Positions 1 through 14,269 of a stretch of 64,000 nt of DNA are shown piece after piece (positions within the stretch are counted from its first letter, which is position 1; each line of letters begins with the position of its first letter). Under the pieces are notes generated by a model, which was not told the origin of the DNA, did not search any database, and saw nothing but the letters and a program-made list of their open reading frames with translations. Position numbers and translations under genes: made by a program. The stretch is from the NCBI RefSeq assembly GCF_009834535.1, contig NC_045697.1, positions 67,706,001 to 67,770,000 on the forward strand. The letters run 5' to 3'. Source of the DNA: Camelus ferus (taxonomy: Eukaryota).

Positions 1-755
1 GCAAGTTTATCACGCTTCATCATTGAACCAAGAATTCTGTCATCTTGTGAAAAGACAGCAAAATTGCCTATACTGGTGAGATTTGTAAATTGGAGCCGAG
101 TGTGAAGGTAACATGATGAGAAAAAGCACATTAACCAGCTCAGAGTTCACTGCAAGATGAACACTTCAACCTAGACGTGTGTGAAAGGTTGCTAACGCAA
201 ACTGAAGACTCAAAATTTAAGGCAAGGAGATTTCGATCACTCAGTTACACGGTCAAAAACCATGTCTGAAAACAAGAAGTATAACATATCTTGCATCTGA
301 ATTAAAGATAATTTCCCCATACATTTCAAAATAGAACTTACTTTATCCTAAACCAGATTCATTAAGCTACTCTAGGACCTTGGTATTTTCATGCCTCTCT
401 TTTCATAACAGAAATGTTTGGAGTTAAGCTGATGCTCAGAAAGTTTGATTAACAACTGGAGGAATGAGAGAAACTAGAGGAGAACACGGCTTTGGCTCTC
501 AGTGTCTGCCACCCGATTCACACCTTCATATTGAGTATTCATAGAGCTGGCAACTGAAGACAAGCTCCCCCAAATTATACAAAAATATCCAAGTTACTAT
601 AATGGCTCCCCACTGTAGCTTCTTCACTCATCTAGCACCTCCTTCTCTTTATGCAAAAAACTATCATTAGTCGATATACTTGCACCTTCCTTGTTGCCAC
701 CTCCAAGCCTTGTTCCTCCAATTTTGCCTTGGTATCTCTAACAATCATAAACTTA

Positions 756-895
756 GTAGCTAATATTTTTTATTGTTTGTTACAGGTTAGACACTGTGCT
801 GAAAGCTTTATATTAATTGTCTTGTTATATTTCCCTAACAACTATATATATGTGATATAAGTATTGCTTTTACCCAATTTTTCAGATGTGGAGGA
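756..895 (-). mobile_element. MIR SINE fragment
   Basis: gtagctaatatt...cactgtgctg...cccaatttttcagatgtgga resembles the reverse complement of the MIR 3' half and core. Confidence 0.6.
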
Positions 896-1179
896 TTAAC
901 TGCCTCTTCTGCTCTAAATCTATGCCTTTAAGAGGTTTTGTTCTCTCCATGAACAAATACAGTCATTTTCTTCTTTTCTTCTTTTCTCTAAGTTATTTAC
1001 TCCCTTTTCTTACTTCACCATAAGATAATGTGCCTTCAACTCTATATTTCCTTCTGGCTACTTATTTCTTTCTTTTTTTTTTTTTTTTTATTTTAGTGAA
1101 GAAAGTTTTTTTTTTTTTTTTTTTTGAACAGTCATCTCTATGACTTTCAGTCACTAGTTCTTAAACTCTGGTTCATTTT

Positions 1180-1300
1180 GACCCACTGAATCTGGTTCAA
1201 AGCCTGCTGACTTGCTGAAACTGCTCTGTAAATGTTCACCACGACCGCCGAGTCAAATTGTCCTTGTTTAGCACCAGACCATCTGACTTCCATATAGCAA
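1180..1300 (+). mobile_element. L2 LINE internal fragment
   Basis: gacccactgaatctgg...ctgaaactgctctgtaaatgttcacca resembles the L2 ORF2 segment (actgaaactgctctt..aaggtcaccaatgacc). Confidence 0.5.
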
Positions 1301-1399
1301 ATAATATCTCAACTTTAACATAGTTAGAAATGTAGACTCTCAAACTAGAAATCTCTTAATAACTCCACTTCTCCACTGCCTGTGACGAGCTATGTAATG

Positions 1400-1650
1400 C
1401 TGTGTAACCGCCTTAGTTATCTAAAAGATGACACATTTCTATTATGTTACATATTCTATGAGCCAGGGCTCTGGGTATGGATAAACGGGGCTCTTTTCAG
1501 GGTGTCCTGATGCTGTGATCAAGGTACCAGCCATGGTCTGCTGTCTCACTTAAGGCTCTACCGGCAGAGGGTCCATTCAAAGCTCACTCACGTCCTTGGC
1601 AGAATTCAGTTCCTTGAGGCTATGGGACTAAGGACTTGAGTTCCTTCCCA
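1400..1650 (-). mobile_element. MLT1-type MaLR LTR fragment
   Basis: aagctcactcacgt..ttggcagaattcagttccttgaggctatgggactaagg is a typical MLT1 motif. Confidence 0.65.
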
Positions 1651-1730
1651 TCACATCATGTAACTTTGACTAATCAGTAGTATCTGATGAAAAAGTCATT
1701 CTGAATTAAGAATCATATCATTATTATTGA

Positions 1731-1962
1731 ACTAATATTTATTGAGCATTCTGCATGTGCCAAGTACAGCTCTAAATTCTTTCATGCTTTAACTCATCAC
1801 AGAAATCTTATGACATAAATCGTATTATTTCCTCTGCATTATAGATGAAAAACCTGACACAGGAGTAAGTTAAGTGAATTCCCAAGTTCATATAGCTAAT
1901 AAATAATGGAAACAGGATTCATGAATAAGCATTTTGAGTTAAGAATTTGCACTTACAACCAC
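1731..1962 (-). mobile_element. Near full-length MIR
   Basis: taatatttattgagc...tagatgaaaaacctgac...gttaagtgaattcccaagttcatatagcta...aaccact is colinear with reverse-complement MIR. Confidence 0.8.
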
Positions 1963-4900
1963 TCCACCACAACAGGTTTCTTACATAAATTATTCTTTTC
2001 AATTTGGAAAAGTGGAAGGAAGGCTTGTAAGAAAGTTAACAATATTTAGGTTCCCAATGAAACTAGAATTCATTAAGCAAACATTCCATTTTTTTCCTAA
2101 TGCTCCTAAGCTTTTAATTATCAATAAAACCAGGCCAGTTATTAATGCTGATAAGTGCCACCTCTGTCCCTCACATATTTTAATATGTCAGTCTTAGGGA
2201 AGATGGTTCAACCATGAACAGACCCCTACTTAAGATAAAGTAAGTGAGGTGCAGTGAAGAGAAAACAAAGGAATCAGCCTGAACGCAGACTGGTACTATT
2301 GTCATGAATGCTCTGCTTATTCAGATGGAGACATGTGCCTCCATGGTTTCCTCCACTAAATAAGTTACTAAATTACTAAAGTAAGTACTGAAGTGACCAC
2401 AGGCAGTTGATGCTCCATCAGTATTTCCTAATCTGTGTTTAGCTGTGGTCACATTCATCATAGACAAAGATGCCCACACACTGGGAATATCCTGCTTTGA
2501 GACCAAGAGTGAGATATCAGGGGAGGTAGGTTGTTGGTGTCACTACTTTGATCACTGAAGGGAGGGGAAAGGGGACTCAAATAACCAAACTGATTGAAGA
2601 GTATGGCTGTTGTATATGCTGCCTGGGATTGTCGACACTGAGTGAATATATCCCAGAGTTTAGAGCAGATAGCGTGCAATGCACGTAACTTTGTAAGCTT
2701 TGGTTTCCTCATTTGTAAAGAGGAAGTGAAGAGTACTTACTTCATGTTAAATGTTAGCTTATTAAAAATTAGGTAAGTTAATACTAAAAAAACCCAAAAC
2801 AAACCAGATCTGGGTGTTCTGGCAGAGAATAAGAGTTTAATACATACTATTTACTCATATTAGACTTTGTAGTATTGTTATGAGAAACAAGATTATATAT
2901 ATAACACATATATAGTGCTTAGCTTGATAAATATTTATTATTATAACAATATTATTTAATTATTAATTATTATTATAATTACAACCTATTCCAAACTTTC
3001 ATTAAGTACTTGCTTTATGGCCAAATTATATACAATCTATCAAAGAGGCATCTCCTAGTAAGACCTTAGAAAATAAAGATTCTATGTGGGTTATCATATG
3101 TACTACTGGAAAGGTTGATATTGTTTCATTAAGACTGAGAAGTAAACTGAATATTCATTACTGGATTTCTGCATGGAGATGAGACATAAGAGGGACCTCT
3201 TGACAGCCAACTTTTCCTCAAGAAATAGTTTCAGATCTACTCAAATAAAAGCATGCTAAAATATGTAACACATATAATCAAATAAAGTGTGAGGTCTCAT
3301 ATTGCCAGTATTAGAAGGTTTCAGGGCTCAGCTTCGTAATCCAAACTCTTTGGGTCCTGAATATAATTTTGCACAAACTTGTAGGGGTTGTATGACCAGA
3401 GTTAAACATCATTTGGGGTATTTTATGACCCCATTTAACAACAGAGAAGACGGGAGAGGGTACCCATCACCAATGGCACTATATTCATATTCCTAGTTGA
3501 TGCTCTAATAAGGTTCATAGTAGAAAATGAAGCAAATGGTTTCAAACTGGGAAAAATAAATTATTATCTAGCAGATGTTGCAACCTACAAAATGGCTGAT
3601 CTTAGTAATATCTCTTTGTTGATATAGCCAACCAGATAAGATGGATACAAAGGCAGGAACACTACCAAACACTCAGTAAGTTGATTGGTGGTGTCTCGTT
3701 ACCCATTGAGCTTTGGAGATTAATGATTAGTTTCTTCATGTATGTCCAGGAATAAAACTCTCCAGCCTAGTCTCAGCACATTTACTAGGCTTCCATTCAG
3801 CCAAGGCAAAAACTTTAAAAGCAACTGAGTATTCCTCTGATGGAGGATATAGTGAGCTTAGGGGTAAGTAGAAAGGAAGATAAAGACAAGTAAGGGCATG
3901 GATAAACTAAACTGGGCCCTCTGTCAGTTTGTCAGAGTTGACTATCAATCTGATAAACACAGTTGGTTCCATAAATCCTCCTAGTAGTTAAAGCATTTTA
4001 TCACAGCTTATTAGACTGTGATAAAATGTATAGTTCAGTAGATGTCCTCATATATTCTGGAAATTACCAGCACCCATTTATATGGAACCTGTACTACTAG
4101 TTTTAATTAACTGAAATCATCTGCTTGGAATTATGCTCTCAATTTAGCTCACATTTCAATCTCCATAAATTCTTTCTTAGTGCTTTACTCTGTAGCATGC
4201 AAATGGCTCCTATGCCAATCCCAAGGAATGTCTAATGGCGTCAGGCAATGGCAGGTTGTAGAGCACTGAGCGTGCTTATAGAGCATGGGGGTTGGGGGGA
4301 TGCTGTGCTAAAGAAGCTTGTCCTATTGATTTAACATGAGAAACAAATAAAACTTTTATTTACACTGAGTGTACCACCTCTTGTTGCCAAATTAGTATTA
4401 CTATTTGAATCAAAGACAGTTGATTTGACCAAAGGAAATTATATCTTCTCCATATAGCATATAAAATGATATTTGCCTATTTTTAATGAAATTGTAGGTA
4501 AAACTGATTGTAACCTACTTAAAATATTGAATTTTTCTACAATGTGGTATTGGATGCATTTATCTATATGAAAAGAAAATGGTACTATTACTGTATATAT
4601 ATTTTTTGCCACATCAACTTTTTTTCACTTCATTTTCTTACTGTTCCTTCTTTTACAAAATTGAAAATGATATATTGTTGATAAATCTCAACATTTAAGG
4701 TGTCACTATATGAGAAAACAGAATAAGCACATTATATTATATATGCAAATGATAATTATCAACTTATTATAAAGTAAATAATGTTTAGTATCCAGCTTTC
4801 AGAGGGATGAACTGGAGTGGGGTGAGACAGGAAGCTGAAGTGTTAAAAAATACTTTAAAAAATTATTGGTTAAGGTTTATAAGTGATGGCAAGGTATGTA

Positions 4901-5659
4901 TTTGCTTCTTCCTTTACTGTGCGGCCTGTCTACCAGTTCTAGCTATGAAATAATTATATATAAGGCTTTGCTGGGTTTAATTTTACAGACAGACTGAGAA
5001 AGCCGCAGTTCGAATGGACTTTTATCCAACTTGTCTCTGTATGAATATGGTTTTCCTTTTTGACTATCACCATTGCAAGAACAGTTCTCTGCAAACAGTA
5101 GTTGCTTAATAAATATCATTGGTTAACTATGGAATTAAATTGGTAGTACATATTCTTCTTTCTTGTGCTTCTTGGCAAACAGACTAAAAGAATACAATTA
5201 ACTAATTTGCATCACATGGGTGAGCACAGAGAGTGTTTAATTCAGTCTAATGTTCTTTCCAAATGGTTCAATATTTCCTTGAATTCAGTCTCTTTCCACG
5301 ACCAGGCAGAGTGAGTAAAATACTCTCCGGGAATAAAGTGCTCATCCATGTGATGAAAATTAACTCCTTCAGAGCACCAGGGAGTTAATGGTAAATTATT
5401 TCTTCTGGTACCAAAATGAATCAAATTGCCAATTAATCATTTCCCAGGGTATGCCAAACTACAAGCTGTACTTTTTGAAAATGTCTTGGGAAGAGAATCT
5501 GTGCCTTCTTTTTAACTTGCCATCTTGATGAGACTTAGGAGTCCTTCCCTCTCCTTTGTGCTTCTTTGCTTTACTTTTATCTAGACCAATTTTTTCAAAT
5601 GTGTTTGTAGAAAGACGGATGTGACTATCTCCTGGATAGACAAACTGGCCTGGAGCATC

Positions 5660-6225
5660 AGTTGGCTGTCTACTCAGTAGTATTTTCCCTGCGCCATGAT
5701 GGCAGAGCCTGATTTTATTTCAATGTTCAAAATGTCTCAATGTCAAAACCAGAGCTCCGATTTTGTTTTACCAGGTAACCTGATGGCTTGAAGTGAGTCA
5801 TGGTGGTCTCCCCTTCTCAGGGATGAGTTTAGGTGTGGCTCTATGACCAATATGATCTATGAGCTATGAGGAGAAGTCTGTTGAGGGTAGTCCTTGGTAA
5901 GGATTACTGACACAAGAAAGAAGAGACCTTTCTTCTACCACAGGGTGTCTGGACCTCTAACTGCCACAGCCACCTTGCCAAGAAGAGATCAGTCAGACTC
6001 AGGATGAGGCTCAGACTGAGGCCAGAGGGCAGAGATATGGAAGGAAATGTGTCCCGGAAAAGATTATTGAGCCTTCTGACGGTGCTGGTCCTACCTCTAA
6101 ACCTCCACTCCGAGTAAGAGGAGTAAATTAAAAAGTCAGGAGATCTCCGGCATGTTATGCAGCAAAGTATTCCTTATTGCTTACATGAGTTGAGACAGCG
6201 TTGTCTGCTAACTGTAGATTCACAA
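5660..6225 (+). mobile_element. Old MLT1 (J/K-like) LTR
   Basis: ggcagagcctgattttatt, tgaggagaagtctg, ctgccacagccaccttg, gattattgagcc and ttccttattgctta occur in the MLT1J/K order. Confidence 0.6.
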
Positions 6226-8064
6226 AACACCTTCTATGAACCTATCTTAGACCATAGAAAATAAATCTGTATTTTGGATAGGATCTGGGAAGGTTTGTAA
6301 AATTATCTGTTCTGTCAAAATGAGACCCTCAAACACACACTGAGTCTTGGTCTAAAGATATTCAGGAGAGAAGTCACTTCTTAGAATTCTACACTCCTCC
6401 AACAGATATAGTAGAAAAATACTTAATATTTCTGCTTGTTAATAATTATTTAAATATTCCTAAGTAAAGTCAACTTTACTCCTTTTAAAATGAAAAGAAT
6501 ATTCGTATTTATTTCTAACATTTTGAAAGATTTAGTGGGGACCTCAAAAAACATTTCCAGGAGGAAACTTTTTAATTGCAAAGCATAGAAAATGTTTTGA
6601 TTAGGCTTTAACATAAGAGCAGAACTACTGTGTGAAGAGTATCTTCCTTGGAGTGGGGATACCAAGAACAAACACACAATGATTTTGTTGGAACAAAATT
6701 AAAAGAAAATAAAAATAAAATGACACACTCGAGGGATAAAGACATGGATTCTTGGATATAAACTTACTGGGAGTAAAGAAAGTAGTCAGAGACAGGAGGG
6801 TATAAAAGAAAGAATAAATATGTAAATGGATGCTTCTATACAGAAGCCGTTTTATGTTTCAATAGCACCTGAAGAAATAATATGCCCTCTGAATTGTTAT
6901 CCAAAGATCACAAATCAATTTTTGGATAAGTGGTCCTACAGCTAAATATTAGGAAAGAGTAATACATATTATAGTGACATTTCAGATGGAAGAAAAGCAG
7001 ATTTCATAGTCCTAAAAATAGTAAAACATACTCATCTGAACATCTGGTCATTTCAGATGAAAAATCTAACAGGTCTTCAGGGTGTATTATTACATTAAAA
7101 GCCAGAGACAAGTACTTGTTGGGAACAAAAGACTCACTTGTGTGCTTTTTTACGGTGTTAGAGTCACTTAGATAATTAATTGGTATTAGTTGGCACTCAG
7201 GCATATTTTTAGTTTGCAATAATGCCAAGTGAACAGCCCTATAGAGTGCTCACTAACTATAATCCTGATACCCACAACTACAAAACAGAATGGCATTCAC
7301 ATCTTACTTGTATTTATCTGTAAAATAGTAATAATAATGTCACATTCTTTCCTTAAAACAAAACAATCCCATCCTTCATTGCTCCTAGCTGTGTGAAATA
7401 CCGTTATCGTTGAAGGGGAATTTGCATAATGCTTTTGAAGGGCTTAATAGCTATAATAATTTTAATCTACTACAGAATGTTTATAATATGTAGAAAGATG
7501 AATTTTTTATTGTAAGAGGGGATTATTAAGGCAAATCATTTAATCAAGAGAATAATGGTAATACATGGATAGATGACACTTCAGGGTTTATGTTTTCCAA
7601 ATACGTTTGAAATTTCCCTGTACGAATTTGGCCCATGAATCTCTTTGGAAAGAAGTTATTTAGAAAATGAGGTTCATTTTTAACGATTTGTCTTAAAATT
7701 AATTCATTATCTTCAATATGATACCTGCTCTAGTCAGAAACTTAAACTCTTACTGTATGAAAGGATCTCTGTGGAGAACATTGCTTGCACTTTTTATCCT
7801 GCCTTTGATCTGACAGCATGCTTTCCTCATCCCAGAATAACCAGCAGGGGCCAAAGACAAAGTGCAGATTTTTCTGGGGTGTTTTGCCAGATACTATCAC
7901 CTGTAATCTGTATCATATCACTCTCCTATGAAGCGTCAAATGGTGACTTCAGTAATTTGATATTAATTATAATAATCAATCATAATTTTAGGGGAAAAAC
8001 TAATTTCTTTTTTCAATAATTTGTATATTAGACTTTTCTGATTATCTTCCCTCTGGATCTAACT

Positions 8065-8300
8065 ACTTAGGAGCCAAAGTCTTGTGTTTACATATGCGAC
8101 TGTTTATTATCTAACTGTAACCTTTCTGTTCTTGGACTTAATTTCTTTATATGTAAAATTCATATCATAAGAATATGAAACAATTATTATGATCATCAAA
8201 TGAAGTAATGTATGTGAAAGCTATTAGGACATCATATATATATATATATATATACACACATACATATATATATATAGTAGTAAGTAATCAGTATTATATT
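8065..8300 (+). mobile_element. Decayed MIR with an internal (TA)n expansion
   Basis: aatttctttatatgtaaaat...aaatgaagtaatgtatgtgaaagc is a MIR core and tail; TA-rich tract at ~8234-8277. Confidence 0.55.
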
Positions 8301-9549
8301 TTTTAAATGATGCAATATTCCTAAATTTTTGATGAATCAACTCTGTTTACTTGTTTGAAAATGAGTTCCTTAAATTTGCAGCATCAATATGAATGACAGT
8401 ATCTTGTTCATTCTGTAAGTGCCTCGAACTTTTTGGAAGAATTCAGGAAGAAATGATTACATATAAGTCAACACCTATATCTACATGCATTTATTGCTTT
8501 AAACAGAAGAACAGTTTCAAAAATCTTTTTTAAAAGTTATTTGAACATCTTTCACTGTTTTTTCCCATTTATCACTCCATCCACAAAAGATTTCAAGGGT
8601 GTGGTGTATTGATTTTAGAATCTATCAAATTTTGTGAGCAACTGTGTTTGCAGTCAGTATGTAAGTAAATGCCAAGTCAGAATTCTATACTGTACATGTG
8701 TAATGCAGACTTTATCAACTATCAGCAGGTGAAACTGTGCAGGATCCAGTGCCAGGGAATATAGAAAGCATATGCAGTACATGAAAAATCATGCTGTGGC
8801 CCAAACACTTAACAAACAAGTCATAAGAAGTATTCTTAAAAGTCTGAGAAGGCACGTGTTTTCTATCCAATGCCATAAAAGTTTCTGTTTAAGTAGAATG
8901 ATTTTAATAGACTTTAACGTGCATTTTATCTTTTTCTCCTTTCTTTTCCCTTTGTTAATTTAAACGCATTACTACGTACTTTATGGAAGTTTTGATTCTT
9001 TCTAGAGATACTAATTTAGACATTTTTAATACCAAGTCTAGTTAAGACTTTAAATGCACTGACATAAGAAGTTCCAAAGCTACTACTTGCTATAGGCCTG
9101 TTTCTTCTCGTTGTTTGCATTTGGCAGCACTGAGACGATGTTGCCATAAAAGGATTCTCCATGTAGCGCGTGACCCATTTCAATGAATGTATTATGTGTT
9201 TATCTGAAATGAAGGTCTCCTTGGTTTCCTGTCCTGTACTATGATGATTCTGTGAAGCAGCAGCTGTATCTCACTTGAGATAAGGTCTCACTTTCAAAAG
9301 AGGATTGAAGTGTCTTCTGAAAATATAACTTGTAAGATATCATGGGAGAAATAGCACTGTGTAACTGAAATAAAGTTACATAAGAAATAACTTCAGGAAA
9401 TAAGCTACTCTGTTGTATAGAAGAATGCCTGCACCATAATAAATACAACCTATACATTCATTCAGACATTGTGATGTTTCATGTTTTCTATACAAATAAT
9501 TCATTTGTCTACATGCTTTGTATATAAATATGACTTAAGAGTTATCTCA

Positions 9550-9645
9550 AAGACTTGCCTGTCTTGTTAATACTGTTCCTGTTGCCTTGAACAGTGCCTG
9601 GAATATGGTGGCACTTTGTTGATTTTTTTTTGAATGAATGAATAA
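9550..9645 (+). mobile_element. L2 3' end
   Basis: gaacagtgcctggaatatggtggcact...tgaatgaatgaat is the L2 terminal tail. Confidence 0.7.
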
Positions 9646-9860
9646 ACGAACAATCATAGCATTATGCAAGGCTATCTGTTTTAGGGAAAAAACGAAATGT
9701 TTTCAGATTGAAGCTGTCCACCTAAATATGTGAATTTGCTAAATTAATATGGTGATCACCTAAACAGAAATAAAGTGCAAGCATTTTTCTTAACTTTCTA
9801 GGTAAGGGCAAATCAAATATGCTTTTCCTCTAAGAGAAAGTTCTCTGCATTGACCAAAAC

Positions 9861-10362
9861 AGAAGCTCTCAAACTTTAGTCTGCATAGAAATTACCTGGA
9901 AAATTTATTTAGTCATATGTTTTTTACTTTTAACTTAAAATGATTTTTAAAAAAAAGAAATACTTTTTAATCCAAACCCAGCTTAAGAAACAGATCATTA
10001 GAAGCTCCTCTGTGTGATCATCTTATGGCATCATGCTCTCTCCTCACCAGATGTAACCACTGTCTGGATCTCTGTGTTAATCACCCCACAGCTCTGGTTT
10101 AGGGTTTACCTAATATGAATGCACACAGTAGTTTACCTAATATGAATGCATATACTCAATATTTATTGAATGAATAAAATATGTGTGTATCCATTACTAC
10201 ATAGATTTTCAGGGCTAGACCTTTATATAAATGAGGGGGATTGATTTTTTAACATAGATCTCTTAAATCCACCCCCATATACAATGTGGGATGAAGTTCA
10301 GGAACCTGCAATCCTCAGGTGACTCTGAGGTAGGTGGACTGTAGGCCACTCTTTAACAAATA
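9861..10362 (+). mobile_element. MER5-type hAT MITE split by an old L1 (L1ME-like, minus strand, ~9940-10240)
   Basis: Left end ctctcaaactttagtctgcatagaaattacctgg; right part aacatagat...caggtgactctgagg...ccactcttt; L1-like ccagcttaagaaacaga...atgtaaccact in between. Confidence 0.55.
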
Positions 10363-10496
10363 TCGTATCAATTAATTTATCTACTTATTTACAGAGATAG
10401 AGATAGAAACAGATACTGATCGGAATGTGAACATGGATCACTACAGGGATATCAACCTTCTGTTTTAACAAAGATTGCCCATTTATGACACTGATT

Positions 10497-10733
10497 AACA
10501 GCGGTTAAAACATAGGTTTTGTATCTTCTGCCTGGGTTCAAGTCCAGGCTATAGCATGTATTGGCTGTGTAACTTTGGGAAAATCATTCAACCTCCATCT
10601 GTCTCAGTTTCTTCTGTAGCTAAGGGAATACAATACCAGTATCTGCCTTAGAAAGATGTTGTAGGATTAGTTCATTTATGTGAAGTGTTCAGAATGATGC
10701 CTAGCGTATGGTAAACTCTAAATGTAATTATTA
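10497..10733 (+). mobile_element. Full-length MIR
   Basis: gcggttaaaac...ctgcctgggttcaagtcc...gctgtgtaactttgggaaa...tctcagtttc...tgcctagcgtatggtaaactc. Confidence 0.85.
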
Positions 10734-11423
10734 CCATCACTACTTTTTCAGATGCCGATTTGCTAGCTGCTTTTCAGCACTTTATCTGTGTAGCCTCCTC
10801 TGACATTTCTTCTCTTAACATTTTTCTTTAAACATTGAACAGAGCATAGCTCAAATTTCATTTTAGAAATATAGTACGTTTATCTAATGACTATAAATGA
10901 AAATTTTCATATTTTACCTTTAATGACTATAAAGATGCCAGTGTAGCAGGCAGGTGCAGGAGTGCATTCCTAACGCAACCTCACACTAAATGTGTCCAGA
11001 AACATCCTAGGACCAAAGTGGAATTCGTCATTTGGACCTAAGCGGACTCTAAAGTTTCACAGACTTACATATGTCTGACTATTCTTCTCTACCATTTGCT
11101 ACTTGATGAGAAGAAAAGAAAAAAGCAGCCACAACAACAGCCTCTAAGAACAAAGTCAGATACCTGTCGCCTTTATAGGTCCTCCATGATCCTATATGAG
11201 AGCATTTGGAAAATAAAGCCATGGTCTTCAACACATAGAGTTTATTTCTCCCTGTGCCTCACACATGGACCATGCTGTGGACTATGAAGGCAACAAATGA
11301 TAATTTTAATAGTCTAGAGAAGACATTAAAATCCCTTTATTAGACTCCTTGGAAGAATGCACAATAAATTATTGGTAATTTCCTTATTAACTAAAGTTAT
11401 CTGCCTTAACCCGATAGTCATGA

Positions 11424-11560
11424 GTATTCAATAAGCATCCTCAGCTACGCACTGTGCTAGTTCCTGGGTATCTAATAGCAAAGAAAACAGATCATGATGC
11501 TTCCCTCATAGAGTTTATAGTCCATTGTGCAGGAATTGGGGGACAAGCAATAAACACATT
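11424..11560 (-). mobile_element. L2 3' fragment
   Basis: cactgtgctagttcctggg...cttccctcatagagtttatagtc is reverse-complement L2 3' region. Confidence 0.6.
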
Positions 11561-12395
11561 GAAAATTTTTTTTAATCAGTTGTCACCTCCTTCTTTGGAA
11601 GAAATGAATTTCTCATCAAACCCTTTGTTTCCATGGCTGACCAGGGAACCTATGCATTTTTCCTTTGTCACAGGAAGATGCAGCAGGTTATCATGCCGTT
11701 GTACCATGTAATACCAGTAACTGTGGAATCAGTTAAGCTTAATACATAATAGCTAGTGAAACCATTTTATCTAGTTCTGGTTCCTCAAGCAAATGGACTC
11801 CATTTAAAATTCTTCCAGGATATGAAAGGGTGTGGATGAACTCAACATCCTGTCGATATCAGTTCAAGCTTTAATAGTATTTGATCATTAGGGACTTTTA
11901 TTTTAGCATAATTCATCTGTGCTGAAATACATAGGAGAAATAAATGTAGTAGTAGAGAGCAGAATAAGATGCTGTAGCAACAGAAATGAGGTTGCAACGT
12001 TTGTTGAGGAGCAAATGTCAGGGAAGGAGAAGACAATGAATTTCAGGACAAAAGTGTGGGGTTTTTTTTTATAATCTCTGAAGAGTTTTGAAGAAAGCAG
12101 AAGTATTCATCATGATTGAAATTCAGGGAGATGTACTTTCAGTATTCTATAGAATGAATGATCTCCTTGAGTACTCTATTTTATCTTTTAAAAAAGCAGT
12201 TAAAAACAACCTAATGTTTTCATCCTACTGTGTATTGTTCTATCATTTGCCTCCTCACATTCCATATTAATAGGACCTATGTCTGGGTCAAGCCATGTGA
12301 CTTCCACACGATCTCAATCTTATTTATTCTTTAAGTCAATATAAATCAGTATAACTATAGACTCAGAATGGACAGAAAGCATCTATTGGTGGGTG

Positions 12396-12705
12396 TATTT
12401 ATTAATTTAGTCAACAGCCATTTATTTGCCGACTCCTTAGTGGGTGTCACACTACTGTTCTACACTTGGCTTGTGGAAGTGAACAGAGTAGGCTGAAATC
12501 CATGCCTTAGCGTATCATGGGGAGGGAAAATCAATTAACAAGGTAGATATGTAAATTATGCAGTATATTGAAAATGATGATTAGTGCTATTTGGAAAAAT
12601 TAAGTAGGGAAGCTGAATATGGAAGTCAGAGTAGCAGCAATGTGGAGTCACCATTTCAAATAGGGTGGGGGTATTTAGAAAACTCCTCATTGACAAGATG
12701 AAATA
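12396..12705 (-). mobile_element. L2 3' fragment
   Basis: tcaacagccatttatt...actgttcta...gtgaacaga...gatgattagtgctat. Confidence 0.6.
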
Positions 12706-14269
12706 CTTATCACTAATGGACTAACATGGGGATGTATTTAACCTTCTTAATACATATGCACATACACCTGAATACGGTCACTTAGCACTTTTAAATAATT
12801 TGATGGAAACCACATACTCTACCCTCCTACCATTAAATGGAATCAGAGAGGCAGACATTTTCTTCTTCCCAAATGACATAATTGCACTCTCAGAAAACAG
12901 AATCTTTCTTAAGCAGCCAAACAAGTTGGATGTGATTCCCAGAGACTATCAATTCTGTAGCAGCTAGGCTAAAACTAAATTTGCAATTGGCATCATCTAA
13001 CTTTACACGAGCCACAGTAAATAATTCCATCAAGGGTCCCTAAGGACATAATTTGTATCTTATGAACTTGAAAGGAGGCCGTGCTACTCACAATCATATG
13101 TTCTAGAGAAGCCAATTGAGATTTGACCTCTTCCAAAAATGATCTCAGCCAGAGACTTCCCAAGCTGTGCCTTGTCCACCTCCATGGGATGAAATCGTGG
13201 TTAACAGATAAATAGCATGCTTGCTCCCTTGTCCGTGGCACATTTTACTAATAAGTCATCACAGTTTTTGTCACAGGATACTGAAACTATCTCAGAATTC
13301 TTCTTAAGCTAGACTTCTGGGCAGCCAGTGCCAGTCTTGCTGAGACGGCTTTTAAGATACAACAGAGAAATGTTTTCAGTTGATAGAGAGTAAAAGCTCT
13401 TTCTAAACATTGGTTCTGCCCTAGGTCCCCTACTGTTTACCTCCATGTGGACAGAGGATAATCCTCCAAGTGGGCAAGAATATAATTCAACTCCTTAATT
13501 TCCATAACAGAATGTAACCTTGCTGCCAGACCATCTGGTATCTTTTCAATCATCAACATAGATACATGTGTGCCAGGTCCTTGCCCAAAAGCTCAATCTT
13601 GCAATGACTACTGTTTAGCTCCAGGCAAAATATGGTTGGGACAAATGGTTCTCATTCATATTGGTCTAAAAACAGGTTACCAATTCATTTATCCAGGTAG
13701 GTTGAAGCTACAGCACAAGGAAACAATGCACTTGGGCTTACTTCTCCTTAGCACTGATTTATTGCAGTTGATTCTCTCATCAGCTTTCCAGTTTTACCAA
13801 TATATAGCTGCATGATGGTGCTTTTCTGCATTTTTTGCAGATATTAAGGACATTGTTATTTAATATTTTTTACATATGGTAAATTATTTCTAAGGTTATA
13901 AACTAGAAAAAAATTTTTTGAAAGCTAATTTTTTTCTTTTAAGATGAAAAGAAGCCATATTATTTCAATTTGCTTCCTACTTGGGCAGCTGCACATTTCA
14001 AAATGAAATTTAAAGGTGCAGCTAAAAGCTCCTTCCTAGTTTATAATTTAGCTCTCACCTTTCCTGCTGGCTACTTGTTTAATTTGATCCTGACCTTTCA
14101 AAAATACTGTGTGAAGAATATGAATTTCATTCCAGACATCTTCAATATACATAGAACTAAGCACTTATAAGTTAAAAATTAATATATCCATCCAGACTTT
14201 GTGGATACAACGGTAACGGATACATAGTACTCCACTTGCATTCTCCTGTCTGGGCTACAGGAGCCATCA

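Noticed and set aside
3640..3653. 14-nt match (gatggatacaaagg) to the 46.5-kb minisatellite unit
   Set aside because: Short, with no flanking similarity; compatible with chance.
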